Shown here one piece after another: positions 7,979 through 17,170 of a stretch of DNA of 29,685 bases; position 1 is the first letter of the stretch; the number at the start of each line of letters is the position of its first letter. Made by a program: the position numbers and the translations under genes. This DNA comes from a virus (taxonomy: Duplodnaviria; Caudoviricetes). The notes beneath the pieces are model-generated. The model saw only the letters and a list, made by a program, of their open reading frames with translations, made no database searches and was not told the origin of the DNA. The DNA lies in IMG/VR virus record IMGVR_UViG_3300037461_000450, positions 1 to 29,685 of that record. The stretch is one strand, 5' to 3'.

Positions 7979-9006
7979 AAGTAAATAGCGGGAAATGGTG
8001 GGACAAAGCCTGGTCTTTGGTTGATGGCTGCACGCCTTATTCGCCGGGGTGTGACCACTGCTGGTCGGCGGGGATGTGGCATCGATTTCACAAAACAACA
8101 GAAGAGGGCCACGAAAAAGAATGGTTGACGGACTGCATCATTAACGCATCGGGCGATTTATCAAACTGGAAGAAAGTCCCGAAGCGCATAGAGTTTAATG
8201 GATTGATCGAGACTCATCCCGAACGCCTATCCATCCCCCTGAAGCGCCGGAAGCCGACCGTGTTCGCGGTCTGGAATGATCTTTTCCATGAGGCGGTGCC
8301 GCGAGAATTTATAGATAAAGCCTTTGCGGTTATGGCCTTATCTCCTGAACACACATTTCTTGTGCTCACAAAAAGACCTGCGAGAATGTCCGACTGGTCA
8401 CAGGATGACGTGAATGATGTAATCAACGTAACGATGCAGTACCCCGAATTTCTACCTAAAAACGGTCGCTCATATCCGAGATCATGTTATTGGCCCCTCT
8501 CGAATGTTTATTTGGGGTTGACCGTTTGCAACCAGCAGGAAGCGAACGAGAAGATCCCCGTCTTTCTTCAGGTCCCGGGCAATAAGTTCCTAAGCATCGA
8601 GCCGATGCTGGGGCCGATTGATTTAACCAGACTTAATGACACCCCATTATATTGTTACGACTCATTATCGGGACGGCAATATGCAAAACACACCAAAAAC
8701 AGGTCAATTGTAGGGATGACAGACCATATTGACGCCGTGATCCTCGGCGGCGAAACCGGCCCCGGAGCAAGACCGATGCACCCGGACTGGGTGCGATCCG
8801 TCCGTGATCAATGTGCGGCGGCAGGAGTGGACTTCTTTTTTAAGCAATGGGGGAAGCATACTCCAGCCCTGAAGGAACGCCTTGGGAGCCACTACGATAA
8901 TCTTATTAGGACACAACCAGGGAGGTTCGAGATTACGAACGCCGGTCGCCTTCTCGATGGCCGGACGCATGACGATTTGCCGTGGAGGAAAGGAAACCAA
9001 TTATGA
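7975..9006 (+). CDS. Phage Gp37/Gp68 (DUF5131) family protein
   Basis: GCTPYSPGCDHCW, DLFHE, VLTKRP, FLSIEPMLGPI, ILGGETGPGARPMHPDWVRS, FFFKQWG, GRLLDGRTHDDLP. Confidence 0.9.
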   Translation: MKVNSGKWWDKAWSLVDGCTPYSPGCDHCWSAGMWHRFHKTTEEGHEKEWLTDCIINASGDLSNWKKVPKRIEFNGLIETHPERLSIPLKRRKPTVFAVWNDLFHEAVPREFIDKAFAVMALSPEHTFLVLTKRPARMSDWSQDDVNDVINVTMQYPEFLPKNGRSYPRSCYWPLSNVYLGLTVCNQQEANEKIPVFLQVPGNKFLSIEPMLGPIDLTRLNDTPLYCYDSLSGRQYAKHTKNRSIVGMTDHIDAVILGGETGPGARPMHPDWVRSVRDQCAAAGVDFFFKQWGKHTPALKERLGSHYDNLIRTQPGRFEITNAGRLLDGRTHDDLPWRKGNQL

Positions 9007-9281
9007 GTGACTACGATCTTCCGAGCGTATTTTCTGAAAAGATAAGGACGGCCCGCAGGGAGCACAAATGCTGCGAGTGTCAACGTACCATAAAAACCGG
9101 CGAGCGATACCACTTCGCCAAGGGCTGCTGGGAAGGCAAATGGGGCGAATACAAGACGTGCGCATCGTGTCATGAACTGCGCAGGGATCTGATCGATGAC
9201 GATAACGTGCTGGCGCCGTTCGGCTATCTGAGAGAATGGGCGCAGGATATGGACGTGAAATTTCCCGTGGAGCCTGAATGA
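9003..9281 (+). CDS. Small zinc-binding phage protein
   Basis: ARREHKCCEC..IKTGERY...KTCASC; ATGA coupled. Confidence 0.75.
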   Translation: MSDYDLPSVFSEKIRTARREHKCCECQRTIKTGERYHFAKGCWEGKWGEYKTCASCHELRRDLIDDDNVLAPFGYLREWAQDMDVKFPVEPE

Positions 9282-9877
9282 CCACAACAGACAACATACC
9301 GGACGATAAGCGGGTTGCGACGATCGCCGCCGTGCTCGACTATCTGAAGGCGTCGGACTGGAGCGTGACGCGCACCAGCCTTTACCGGCACCGCACGGAG
9401 GGCAAGCTGGCCCCGCGATCCGACGGGCAATATGCGCTGCGGGACGTCGAGAAGTATGCCCGGACCTGGCTCAAACAGAAATCGACGGGGAAGCGGGTCG
9501 GCGAAAACCTCGAAGACCTCCAGCGCCGCAAGCTGGAAGTGGAACTGGCGAACCTTGAGCTGGAAAACAAGCGCAAGACGTTGTCGTACAACAAGGATCT
9601 GGAGAGATATATTTCGAGGGAACTCATGGAGATCGAGCTGGCCACGCGCGCCGGGGTGCTCGACGCCGGGCTGAAGCATTGGGTGCAATCCCGGGCCGCC
9701 GAATGGATTCGCGCCGCCGGCGGCGACACGAAAAAGGTGGGCGAGGTGATCAACCTGATCACCCACGACCTCGAAGAGCACATCAACGCCTATGCCAGGG
9801 CGGCGGAATGGCAGGTCATTATTGATGCGGACGAAGATCCGGCGGACGAAGCGCCGGAAACCGAAGAAGAAAAATAA
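9278..9877 (+). CDS. Terminase small subunit (Nu1-like, putative)
   Basis: N-terminal winged HTH (RTSLYRHRTEGKL..DGQY), central coiled coil, position upstream of GpA. Confidence 0.7.
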   Translation: MTTTDNIPDDKRVATIAAVLDYLKASDWSVTRTSLYRHRTEGKLAPRSDGQYALRDVEKYARTWLKQKSTGKRVGENLEDLQRRKLEVELANLELENKRKTLSYNKDLERYISRELMEIELATRAGVLDAGLKHWVQSRAAEWIRAAGGDTKKVGEVINLITHDLEEHINAYARAAEWQVIIDADEDPADEAPETEEEK

Positions 9878-9893
9878 AACATGAAAGGGGAGA

Positions 9894-10628
9894 ATGAAAA
9901 TGTTTACACGCAGCGATTGGTCAAAAGAGGATTTAGAAATAATGAGATTGTGGCTTAGCGAAAATGAAAATACCCTGGTGAGAGAAAGGAATATTCCCAA
10001 TACTCTTAAAGAGATATTTCCCAGTCGAAGCGATGGCGCAATATACCAGCGGCTGCGCCTTATTCGCATTGGGGGTGGGAAGCAATGTCGTCGCTTATCC
10101 CCCCGACGGGCATCCAGCTATCCACTAAAAACGGAGCAATTCTTAAAAGATTGGATCCAAAAACACCCCATGGAAAGGGTATCATACGCGCATGGCCATC
10201 CAGATTTGAATTTCTTGTTTGAGGGAAGATCCATGGCCGCTCTATACAATAAATGGCGCGCCAGAAGAGAAAGTCTTGGTATGCCGATGCTTCCCGAAAA
10301 AGGGGACGGTAGGACGACGACATTTGAAATCAACTCACCACCCCCAGGACGTCCGTTCGTTGAATCGAATCATGATATTATAGGGCGGATCGAACGCGTC
10401 CAGGCTGCGGCTATTTTAGATGTATTTAATGAAGAATTAGAGAAAAGGATAAAAAATATAACCAATAAACACACAATCGAAATCGCCAACATAAGTGAAA
10501 AATATATCGCAAATATAGAAAGTCAAAAAGAGGAAATAACCACATTGAAAGCACAATTACGGGACACAGCAGATATCCGGGTGGCTGTGGAGAAATTCCA
10601 AAAAACACATTATCCAGCTCACAGATAA
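9894..10628 (+). CDS. AT-rich inserted gene with two Myb/HTH-like repeats and a coiled coil
   Basis: GGGGAG RBS; WSKEDLEI..FPSRSDGAIYQR and YPLKTEQF..FEGRSMAALYNK; visibly lower GC than flanks. Confidence 0.65.
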   Translation: MKMFTRSDWSKEDLEIMRLWLSENENTLVRERNIPNTLKEIFPSRSDGAIYQRLRLIRIGGGKQCRRLSPRRASSYPLKTEQFLKDWIQKHPMERVSYAHGHPDLNFLFEGRSMAALYNKWRARRESLGMPMLPEKGDGRTTTFEINSPPPGRPFVESNHDIIGRIERVQAAAILDVFNEELEKRIKNITNKHTIEIANISEKYIANIESQKEEITTLKAQLRDTADIRVAVEKFQKTHYPAHR

Positions 10629-10632
10629 TAAA

Positions 10633-12642
10633 ATGTTATTAAGCATCATCCACATTCCGCGCTCGGCCCCCTGGCTGCCGCCGTCGCTGCTGGCGAAGCC
10701 GGGGGAGATCCGCCACATCGTCCGCCTGTCCGAGCCGGAGCGCAAGGTGTTCCGCAAGCACCGGAAGATCCCCGTGTCGGTCTGGTGCGAAAAGTATCGG
10801 CATGTCACCATGTCCGTCCTGCCCGGCAGGTGGAAAAACAGCGTGACGCCCTACCTGGCCGGGATCATGGATGCCTCGTTCGCTTCGTCCGTGCGGACGA
10901 TCATCATCTGCAAGGCCCCACAGGTGGGCGGCACGGAGAGCGTCCTGAATTGCATCGGCTATGCCATCGACCGCGATCCCGGCCCGGTCCTGTTCATCTA
11001 TCCCGACGAGCTGACGGGCCGCGAAAACAATCAGGACCGCATCCAGCCCATGATCAAAACCAGCCCCCGGCTGCGGGGCTACATGACGGGCCTCGACGAC
11101 GACAGCGCGCTTTTGAAAATCAGCCTGCAGCACATGCCGATTTACATGGCCTGGGCCAGATCGGCGGCGCGGCTGGCCAATAAGCCGATCCGCTATGTCG
11201 TCTTTGACGAGACGGACAAATACCCCGAGACCGCCGGCAAAAGGGAGACGGACCCGATATCCCTGGGCGAGGCGCGCACGATCACCTACCGGCACAACTG
11301 CAAAAAGTGGAAGATCAGCACGCCCACGACGGAATCCGGGAACATCTGGAAGGCCCTCACAACCGAGGCGCAGGTCATATTCGACTTCTGGGCGCGGTGC
11401 CCGGCCTGCGGCGTCGAGCAGAAGATGGTCTTCGGCCGGATCAAGTGGGCGCACAAAACCGAGCCGGGTCTGGACGGGAAGTTACACTCCGAAGATCCGG
11501 AGACGATAGAGGCCGAGAAGCTGGCCTGGTATGAATGCCCGGATTGTCTGGCGCAATGGAACGATTATGACCGGGATCGGGCTGTCCGGTCCGGGCGCTG
11601 GCGCGACCGCAAGACCGAGACGGACATGGCTGAATATCTGCGGGTGCATAAGCCCACGAAGATCGGCTTCCATATCCCGAGCTGGCTGTCTCCGTTCGTG
11701 TCGCTGGCGACCGTCGCCGCGTCGTTTCTGCGCGGCCTGACGGACATGAACAAGTTCAAGGACTTCCACAACAAGCATTTGGCCGAGCCTTGGAAGCTGA
11801 CTGTGATCTCCAAAAACACGGAGCAGGTTCTGGCCGCCCGCTGCGATCTGCCGGCGCAGACGGTTCCGGAAGAGGCGGTTGCGCTGACATGCGGTATCGA
11901 CCGTCAGAAATACGGGTTCTGGTTTGTGGTCCGGGCCTGGTCCGCGAACCTCACGAGTTGGCTGGTTCACTACGGCTTTGTGGCGACCGAGGAGCAAATG
12001 GAGGCCGTCCTGTATGAGTCCGCCTATCCCGTGGGGGATACGGGCCGCGTGTTGAAGATCTGGCGGGCGGCGCCGGATACGGGCGGCGGCGAGAAATACG
12101 AAGACATGACCATGACCGAAGAGATGTATTTCTGGCTGCTGAAGAACATGGGCCGCGGCGGCGTTGCCATGTGGGGCGCAAAGGGGGCCAGCCGCGCCCT
12201 GCCCGGCATGCTGAATCTCGGACCGGCGATCATGTCCACGCCCGCCGGGAAGAAGCTGCCCGGCGCGCTGCGGATTCTGTCCGTCGATACAGCAAAGGGC
12301 AAGGATCAGTTTCATTATCGCCTGCAGATGGCAACCAATCCGGAGACCAGGGACCTGCCCGGCGCGGCGTTCCTGCATAAAGACACGGGCAACGATTATG
12401 TCGCGCAGATCCTGGCCGAGGAAAAGCAGGTCAACGACAAGGGTCATGAAGAGTGGGTCAACGTCCATCAGCGTCCGAACCATTTGCTGGACTGTGAGAT
12501 CCTCGCTGCGGCGTGCGTCGAAATGGAGTTTCCCGGCGGCGGTCTGCGGCTGCTGGCCGCCCACGCGAACCGGGACAAGGAAACAAAACCGCAAAAAACC
12601 GGCAAGCCGCCGGACAGGTCAAAAAAACCAGGGAGGTGGTAG
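10633..12642 (+). CDS. Terminase large subunit, lambda GpA family
   Basis: GRWKNSVTPYL, KAPQVGGTE, YVVFDETDKYP, ISTPT, CPAC/CPDC, LTCGIDRQ, NHLLDCE. Confidence 0.95.
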   Translation: MLLSIIHIPRSAPWLPPSLLAKPGEIRHIVRLSEPERKVFRKHRKIPVSVWCEKYRHVTMSVLPGRWKNSVTPYLAGIMDASFASSVRTIIICKAPQVGGTESVLNCIGYAIDRDPGPVLFIYPDELTGRENNQDRIQPMIKTSPRLRGYMTGLDDDSALLKISLQHMPIYMAWARSAARLANKPIRYVVFDETDKYPETAGKRETDPISLGEARTITYRHNCKKWKISTPTTESGNIWKALTTEAQVIFDFWARCPACGVEQKMVFGRIKWAHKTEPGLDGKLHSEDPETIEAEKLAWYECPDCLAQWNDYDRDRAVRSGRWRDRKTETDMAEYLRVHKPTKIGFHIPSWLSPFVSLATVAASFLRGLTDMNKFKDFHNKHLAEPWKLTVISKNTEQVLAARCDLPAQTVPEEAVALTCGIDRQKYGFWFVVRAWSANLTSWLVHYGFVATEEQMEAVLYESAYPVGDTGRVLKIWRAAPDTGGGEKYEDMTMTEEMYFWLLKNMGRGGVAMWGAKGASRALPGMLNLGPAIMSTPAGKKLPGALRILSVDTAKGKDQFHYRLQMATNPETRDLPGAAFLHKDTGNDYVAQILAEEKQVNDKGHEEWVNVHQRPNHLLDCEILAAACVEMEFPGGGLRLLAAHANRDKETKPQKTGKPPDRSKKPGRW

Positions 12643-12644
12643 GC

Positions 12645-12899
12645 ATGGGGGAAACAGCATTATCCGGCATGAAGGCGATAGTCGATTATTGCGGAGCGAT
12701 CGGTTTGCCGCGCACGGAGTCATCCATTATCCAGCTCAAGCAGCAATGCGGGTTCCCGATGAAGAAGCTCATGGGGATCTGGGAGAGCGACAAGGAGCTG
12801 ATCGTGGCATGGCGCAAGCAATATATCGCCGGAGAGTTATCGGAGCCGCCTCAACCTGCCAGAAAAAAGACCGTCTCTTCCCGCGGGAAAGCGGTATAA
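12645..12899 (+). CDS. Small Xis/MerR-like winged-helix protein, 84 aa
   Basis: GGAGGT RBS; LSGMKAIVDY..TESSII.L...GFPMKKLMGIWESDKELIVAWR matches excisionase-like architecture. Confidence 0.7.
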   Translation: MGETALSGMKAIVDYCGAIGLPRTESSIIQLKQQCGFPMKKLMGIWESDKELIVAWRKQYIAGELSEPPQPARKKTVSSRGKAV

Positions 12900-12906
12900 C
12901 CCTGAC

Positions 12907-13014
12907 GGCATGGCGGCGCAGTGGTCTGCGCAAGGCACAAATCCCGGGTGGAAACATACGAAACAAGTTCCTGGTGGAAACAGCAATGAGCGGGTTCGAT
13001 TCCTGCCCATGCCA
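12907..13014 (+). ncRNA. tRNA-like RNA with acceptor, D and T arms but a 58-nt non-canonical centre
   Basis: GGCATGG/CCATGCC; GCGC-AGTGGTCT-GCGC; GCGGG-TTCGATT-CCTGC; no canonical anticodon arm found, no encoded CCA. Confidence 0.7.
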
Positions 13015-13037
13015 CACATTAAATAACGCCCGAAAGG

Positions 13038-13060
13038 GGGCCTGAAAAGGCCCTTTTTTT
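13038..13060 (+). terminator. Rho-independent terminator
   Basis: GGGCCT-GAAA-AGGCCC followed by T7. Confidence 0.9.
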
Positions 13061-13146
13061 ATTCCTGTCAATCCCCTTTGATCCCCCATAAATACCTTGT
13101 CGATACCCTGTCTGACCCCTGTATGACCCCTGTTTGACCCCTGTTC
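13061..13146 (+). repeat. Tandem 10-11 bp direct repeats, about 8 units, core (A/C)CCCTGT
   Basis: ATACCTTGTCG, ATACCCTGTCT, GACCCCTGTAT, GACCCCTGTTT, GACCCCTGTTC at 13092-13146 plus three degenerate units upstream. Confidence 0.85.
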
Positions 13147-13185
13147 GTCCATTCGCCCAAAAAACCACCCCTTATACTGCCGCCG
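13147..13185 (+). promoter_or_regulatory. Putative activator-dependent late promoter
   Basis: TATACT -10 at 13173-13178, no good -35; follows a terminator and precedes all virion genes. Confidence 0.55.
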
Positions 13186-13274
13186 TATCGTTTGACGCGA
13201 TAGTTTTACGACCGGCATGGACGCACCGACCCCCCTGATCGGCTGCGTCCTGCCCGCAATCACCGGGAGGCTGT

Positions 13275-13502
13275 ATGGCATACACGCAAACCGATCTTGA
13301 CAATATCGAAGCCGCGATCCGGGCGATCATTGCCGGGACGCGCACCGTTGCCCTTTCCATGGGCGACAAATCCATCCAGTACACGGCCATCGACCTGCCA
13401 ACCCTGCGCGCCATGCGGGACGAAATCAAGGCGGAGGTCGGCGCGGCGGCCGGCACAATCAGCCCGCGATCATACGCCAGGCAGGGAGGGCGCGGAATAT
13501 GA
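13275..13502 (+). CDS. Head-tail joining protein, gpW-like
   Basis: 75 aa, LDNIEAAI..G..V..GDKSIQY..L; GGAGG RBS; directly before portal. Confidence 0.8.
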   Translation: MAYTQTDLDNIEAAIRAIIAGTRTVALSMGDKSIQYTAIDLPTLRAMRDEIKAEVGAAAGTISPRSYARQGGRGI

Positions 13503-15052
13503 AGCTGGACGCCTTTGTCGCCTCAGTCGTTGACAAGATATCAGAAATCGCCTCGCACCGATCCGCACTGGCCCGCCACCGCCGGCTGATCCGCAATTCA
13601 AGTATGACCGGCCGCGCCGAAATGTACGCCGCCGCTAAAACAACCCGGCTGACCGGCGCCTGGTCCATCGCAAACCCGAACGTCAACGACATCATCGGCC
13701 TTTCCAACCCGATCATCCGCTCCCGCGTCCGTCAGCTCATCCGGGATTTCCCCTATTTGGCCAGGGCCGCAAACATCATGGTCGATTATTCGATCGGGCC
13801 GGGGATCGTGTTCCAGTCGAAGGTGCATGACACCAAGGGGAAGCTCGACAAGCGCCGCATTCAGCTCATCGAGGACGCGGTGAAATGGTGGATGGACGAA
13901 GCCGACGCCGCCGGCAAGCTCCATTACTATGAAATGATGCGCCTGGCCAAGCGCCAGGACCTGGAGTCCGGCGAGTTTCTGCTTGTTAAGACCTACCCGA
14001 AGGACCGCAACCGCTTCATCCCCTTTGCCCTGCAAGCCTATGAGGCCGACTGGCTGACCGGCGCGCATGACACCTACGGCTCCGGCGGCATCGGCATGTC
14101 GGCAAATCCCGGCGACAAGGAAGTCCGCCAGGGCATCGAGTACGAGAAGCTCACGGGCCGCGTGACGGGCTACTGGTTCATGGATCCCTATTATGGCGGT
14201 AAGGAAGTCTATGTCCCCGCGGATCAGGTCATTCACGGCTTTGACACCCTGCGCCCGCAGCAGCTCCGGGGCGTGTCGCCCTTTGCCCCCGGCGTGCTGG
14301 TTGCCCGCGATCTATCCGACTACATGGACGCCGAGATCGACACCGCGAAGATGGCCGCCAAGTACCTCGCCTTTGTCAAAACGCCGAATCCCGAGTTCCG
14401 CCAGGGCGCGCTTGCGACGGACGGAACGTCCGCATCCGGCGCCGCACAGAAGATCGAAGAGATGGAAAACGCCATCATCGAATATCTGCGCGACGGCGAG
14501 GAGGTGGAGATCGCGCAGCATAATCGCCCCGGCGCCACGTTCGCCCCCTTTGTCCGTCTGGTGTTGACGATGCTCTCGATCACGACCGGCGCACCCTATG
14601 AGCTGATTTCCGGAGACTACCAGGGCCTCAGTTTTTCCACGGCCCGGATCGTCCGGAACGATTTCTCCCAGCAATTACGACCGATATCGATCCGCCATAT
14701 CCGACAGTACGGCATGCCCACAATCAAGCCGATGCTCGACATGGCGGTCATGTCCGGGAAGCTCACGCTGCCCGGTTATTGGCAAGACCCACGGCGCTAC
14801 CTCGAAACCGAATGGCAGCCGCCGGGGATGGACGCGGTGGATCCGCTGCGCGAAGCAAAGAGCCAGATTGAGGCGATCAGTTACGGCCTGAAGTCGCCCC
14901 AGGAGGTTGCCCGCCAGCGCGGCAAGGATCTTGAGGAAGTGTACGAGGAAATCAAGGCCGCACAGGAGATGGCGAAGGAGATGGGGCTCACGTTCAAGTC
15001 CGCCGGCACGTCGGTCAAGAGCAACCCCGCCGCCATCATGAATGAGGGATAA
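13499..15052 (+). CDS. Portal protein, lambda family
   Basis: IRSRVRQL, ESGE, YEADWL, VIHGFD..RPQQLRGV, ISGDY..SFSTAR, W.PPG..VDPLRE. Confidence 0.95.
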   Translation: MKLDAFVASVVDKISEIASHRSALARHRRLIRNSSMTGRAEMYAAAKTTRLTGAWSIANPNVNDIIGLSNPIIRSRVRQLIRDFPYLARAANIMVDYSIGPGIVFQSKVHDTKGKLDKRRIQLIEDAVKWWMDEADAAGKLHYYEMMRLAKRQDLESGEFLLVKTYPKDRNRFIPFALQAYEADWLTGAHDTYGSGGIGMSANPGDKEVRQGIEYEKLTGRVTGYWFMDPYYGGKEVYVPADQVIHGFDTLRPQQLRGVSPFAPGVLVARDLSDYMDAEIDTAKMAAKYLAFVKTPNPEFRQGALATDGTSASGAAQKIEEMENAIIEYLRDGEEVEIAQHNRPGATFAPFVRLVLTMLSITTGAPYELISGDYQGLSFSTARIVRNDFSQQLRPISIRHIRQYGMPTIKPMLDMAVMSGKLTLPGYWQDPRRYLETEWQPPGMDAVDPLREAKSQIEAISYGLKSPQEVARQRGKDLEEVYEEIKAAQEMAKEMGLTFKSAGTSVKSNPAAIMNEG

Positions 15053-15056
15053 GCCT

Positions 15057-17105
15057 ATGCCCGAGAAAAAAGCGAAGAAAAAACAGGAAGTCCCGGCGAT
15101 GAACTACCGCAGCGCGCCTTTTTCCGTCCGGGCGGAAGGGCCGTCCACGCTGGACGAGGCGACCCGGTCCGTGGAGGTCGTGCTGTCCACCGAGAATCCG
15201 GCGCGGGTCTATGACTGGGAGCGCGGAGTCATCAACGAGATCCTGCTTATGTCCGGGGCGCAGATTCCGGAATCCCGGCAGCTCGTCATGCTGGATACGC
15301 ACAGCCGCTACGAGACCGCCAACATCATCGGTTCCGCCAGGGAGATCAGGATCGAGGGCAATCAGATGGTCGGCCGGGCGCAGTATTCCAGCGCCCCGGA
15401 AGCGGAGGGCCCCTGGATCAAGACCAAAGAGGGGCACCTGACGGACTACTCCGTCGGATACCGGGTTGATGAAGCGGTCTGGATTCCTGACGGGCAGACG
15501 TCCACCATCGACGGACGCACGTTTACGGGCCCCGTCCAGGTGGCCACGAAATGGACGCCCCGCGAACTCTCGGCGGTCCCTATCGGCGCGGATTCATCCG
15601 CGAAAGCGCGGTCTGAAATCAGTGACAATCAAAACAAAAACAAGGAGGAAATAACGACTATGGATCCGAAATTGAGAAAGTTTCTGGAAAGAAGCGGCCT
15701 GCCCGTAACGGCGACCGAGGCGGAGGCGAACGCCTTCATGGAGCGAGAAGCGGACCCCCCGAAAAAAGAAGAGGTCGATCTGGACAAGATCCGCTCCGAG
15801 GCCACCGGCAAGGAACGCGATCGCATCCGCGAGATCGATGCGCTCCTGACAAAGTATGACTGTCAGGACCTGGCCCGCGACCTGATCGTCGGCCAGCCGG
15901 GCAAAGAGCCCCCGACGCTTGCCGATGCGCAGCGCGCCGTCATGGACAAGCTCCAGGAAAAAAGCAAGAACCCCGGCTTCCGCGGTGTTGAAATGGGCGC
16001 GGACGAGAGGGACAAGTTCCGGGCCGTGGCCGATGACGCCCTGATGCTCCGGGCCGGCATGGAAGTAAAAAACCCGGCACCGGGCGCCCAGGATCTGCGC
16101 GGCTATACGATGGTCGAAATGGCCCGCGAATGCCTGCGTGTCGCCGGCATAAATCATCGCGGCGGCAGCAAGGAAATGGTCGGACGGGCGCTTACCAGCT
16201 CCGACTTCCCGAACATCCTGGCGAACCTCGCCACGAAGTCCATGCAGGCGGCGTGGGAAGCCGCGTCCGAGACGTGGCAGGTCTGGTGCGGCATCGGCTC
16301 CGTCAGCGATTTCAAGACCTACTACGACAACGCCCTGTCCGAGCATGACGACCTGGAAGAGGTTCCCGATTCCGGAGAGATCAAATACGGGTCGTTCACG
16401 GAGAAGCTCCCGGAAACCTACAAGGCGGCCAGCTATGCCAAAAAGTTCCGGATCACCCGCGTCATGATCATCAATGACGACATGGGGGCCCTGACCGCCA
16501 TGCCCGCACGCAGGGCGGAAGCGGCGGCCCGCAAGGTGGGCGACGTGGCCTATGCGGTCATCATCGCAAACAGCGCGATGGGCGACGGCAAGACCATTTT
16601 TGAAGCGACCTATCACGGCAACGACGCAGTGTCCGGCTTCATGGCCGCCCCCGGCATCGTCAACATCGGCGAGGGCATCCGGGCAATGGGCGTGCAGAAG
16701 GATATCGCCGGGAAGCGGCGCCTGAACATCCGGCCGCAGTTCTTCCTGGCCCCGAAGGCGCTGGAAGGTGTGTCTGAGGTGTTCTTCAAGTCGGAGAAAT
16801 TCAGCGATCACAGCACCGTGGCGACGGATTCGTCCTTCGCCTCACAGCGCACAAACCCCTATTCCGGCGACTATTTCACCCGCGTTTATGAGCCGCGGCT
16901 GGATGACGACGATCCTGCGCAGTGGTATCTGATGGGCCCGAAGGGCAAAACCGTGAAGGTGGTATTCCTGAACGGCGTCCAGGCCCCGACGATGGAAATG
17001 CGGCAGCCCGGCTTCACGATTGAAGGCTTTGAGTACATGGTGGCCATCGACGTGGGCGCATACGCGACGGATTATCGTGCCATGTACCGCAACGAGGGCA
17101 ACTGA
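15057..17105 (+). CDS. Prohead protease - scaffold - major capsid protein fusion
   Basis: Protease motifs LDTH, SVGY, ELSAVPIGAD; capsid motifs TSSDFPNIL, VSDFK, IINDDMGAL, LNIRP.F.LAP, FLNG..P. Confidence 0.92.
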   Translation: MPEKKAKKKQEVPAMNYRSAPFSVRAEGPSTLDEATRSVEVVLSTENPARVYDWERGVINEILLMSGAQIPESRQLVMLDTHSRYETANIIGSAREIRIEGNQMVGRAQYSSAPEAEGPWIKTKEGHLTDYSVGYRVDEAVWIPDGQTSTIDGRTFTGPVQVATKWTPRELSAVPIGADSSAKARSEISDNQNKNKEEITTMDPKLRKFLERSGLPVTATEAEANAFMEREADPPKKEEVDLDKIRSEATGKERDRIREIDALLTKYDCQDLARDLIVGQPGKEPPTLADAQRAVMDKLQEKSKNPGFRGVEMGADERDKFRAVADDALMLRAGMEVKNPAPGAQDLRGYTMVEMARECLRVAGINHRGGSKEMVGRALTSSDFPNILANLATKSMQAAWEAASETWQVWCGIGSVSDFKTYYDNALSEHDDLEEVPDSGEIKYGSFTEKLPETYKAASYAKKFRITRVMIINDDMGALTAMPARRAEAAARKVGDVAYAVIIANSAMGDGKTIFEATYHGNDAVSGFMAAPGIVNIGEGIRAMGVQKDIAGKRRLNIRPQFFLAPKALEGVSEVFFKSEKFSDHSTVATDSSFASQRTNPYSGDYFTRVYEPRLDDDDPAQWYLMGPKGKTVKVVFLNGVQAPTMEMRQPGFTIEGFEYMVAIDVGAYATDYRAMYRNEGN

Positions 17106-17121
17106 TAACGAAACGCGATTC

Positions 17122-17141
17122 GGGCGGGGGTAGCCCCGCCC
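17122..17141 (+). other. GC-rich hairpin after capsid gene
   Basis: GGGCGGGG-GTAG-CCCCGCCC, no U tract. Confidence 0.7.
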
Positions 17142-17170
17142 ACTTAAACAATAAACAGGAGGTAACAGTT

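Noticed and set aside
13061-13146. CRISPR array
   Set aside because: Units are 10-11 bp and contiguous, with no spacers and no cas genes
10639-16811. Long minus-strand ORFs (271, 370, 212, 405 aa)
   Set aside because: Shadow frames of GC-rich, motif-bearing plus-strand genes; no independent motifs
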